From the human T2T-CHM13v2.0 reference genome, Homo sapiens: 64,000 nt of DNA. Below, piece by piece: positions 63,071-64,000 of the stretch (the first letter of the stretch is position 1; each line of letters begins with the position of its first letter). The stretch lies in the NCBI RefSeq assembly GCF_009914755.1, contig NC_060941.1; one strand, given 5' to 3'. Made by a program: the position numbers and the translations under genes. Under the pieces are notes generated by a model that saw only the letters and a list, made by a program, of their open reading frames with translations, did no database searches and had not been told where the DNA came from.

Positions 63071-64000
63071 TCAATCGTGACTTTGTATGGTCAAAATATT
63101 TCCACCTCTACTAATAATCAGATTCTTTAGATTCTGCTGCCTCTACCATAAACATATGCTCAGCCTGGGTCCTGGCTGCACACCTCCATTGCTAGTGACC
63201 ATGCAGGGCTCACCAAGAGTTCATGAGTGCACTCGGGCAGAGCCTGTGAGAGCCTTTGGTTACTATTCTCTTTAGCATCTTTAGCAGAATACAGGTGTCT
63301 CATCATATAAATACACTCACAATATATTAATAGAATTTGAAGATTTAGAGGTGGGCACACAGCTTCTACCTCCACTTCCTTCTTCCCTTCTGCCTTCTCC
63401 TCAGTCAGAATTACTTTTCCATTAACATTTGGGAAGATCATATCTCTTCTCCATCAGTTGTCTAGCTGGGTTGAGCTTATCTTGCATTTGAAGTAATTTA
63501 CTTATGGGCAGCTGCCACATGCTGCTTTAGTTAAATTAAGACTGTCTATCTTACTTGCACAGAAAAAATGTTTTAAACAAATCAAGAGATTAAAATGTGT
63601 TTAAAAGTATTTTATTCTTCAGTGAAAAGCCTTGTTTGGTGGAATTGGCTACAAGCCCCTGAGTAAGTGAAAATAATCGCTCAGACAGGTGTGGGATTTG
63701 CTGTACTTAGTACAAGAAACAAACCTTCCTTCATCATCAGGGAAGAAACCAGCCTTCCTCATCAAGTAACCAACCTCCATCATCATTTGACATTACCCTT
63801 TTACTTCTATTAAAGAATCTTGTAAACCTAAAGCTAGCAGAAACCTTGGCAATCATCTGGGTGAACAGTTTACAGGTGAAGAAGCCAAGCTCCAGAGAGA
63901 GGAAATGACTTTTCCAAGCCCCACAGTGAATTGCAGCTGGGACATCAGAAAGATGGCTTCATGAGTCAGTGAATGATAGTAACTTACAGAGAGACCCATG

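Overview
64 kb of primate (human-like) genomic DNA with no supportable protein-coding gene, tRNA, rRNA or CpG-island promoter; it reads as a gene-poor intergenic or long intronic segment. It is dominated by interspersed repeats: 14 Alus (AluS/J-like), many MIR and L2 relics, solo LTRs (THE1 x2, MST, MER41, LTR8, several MLT1), hAT fossils (MER5, MER58, MER112, MER96), two L1PA 3' ends with target-site duplications (one with a twin-priming inversion), a CR1/L3 relic with a still-readable reverse-transcriptase core, and microsatellites. Repeat family names are from recalled consensus sequences, not a database run, and boundaries of old repeats are approximate. I found no evidence of a new multi-gene system. 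The most unusual signal is at 16.4-17.2 kb: an ancient MER5A interrupted by three consecutive inverted copies of nearby DNA at about 95% identity, one from about 700 bp upstream, which looks like a serial template-switch scar and creates a long hairpin. Several smaller templated duplications and homeodomain-motif-dense unique blocks (candidate enhancers) are also reported. The genomic locus cannot be identified from sequence alone.
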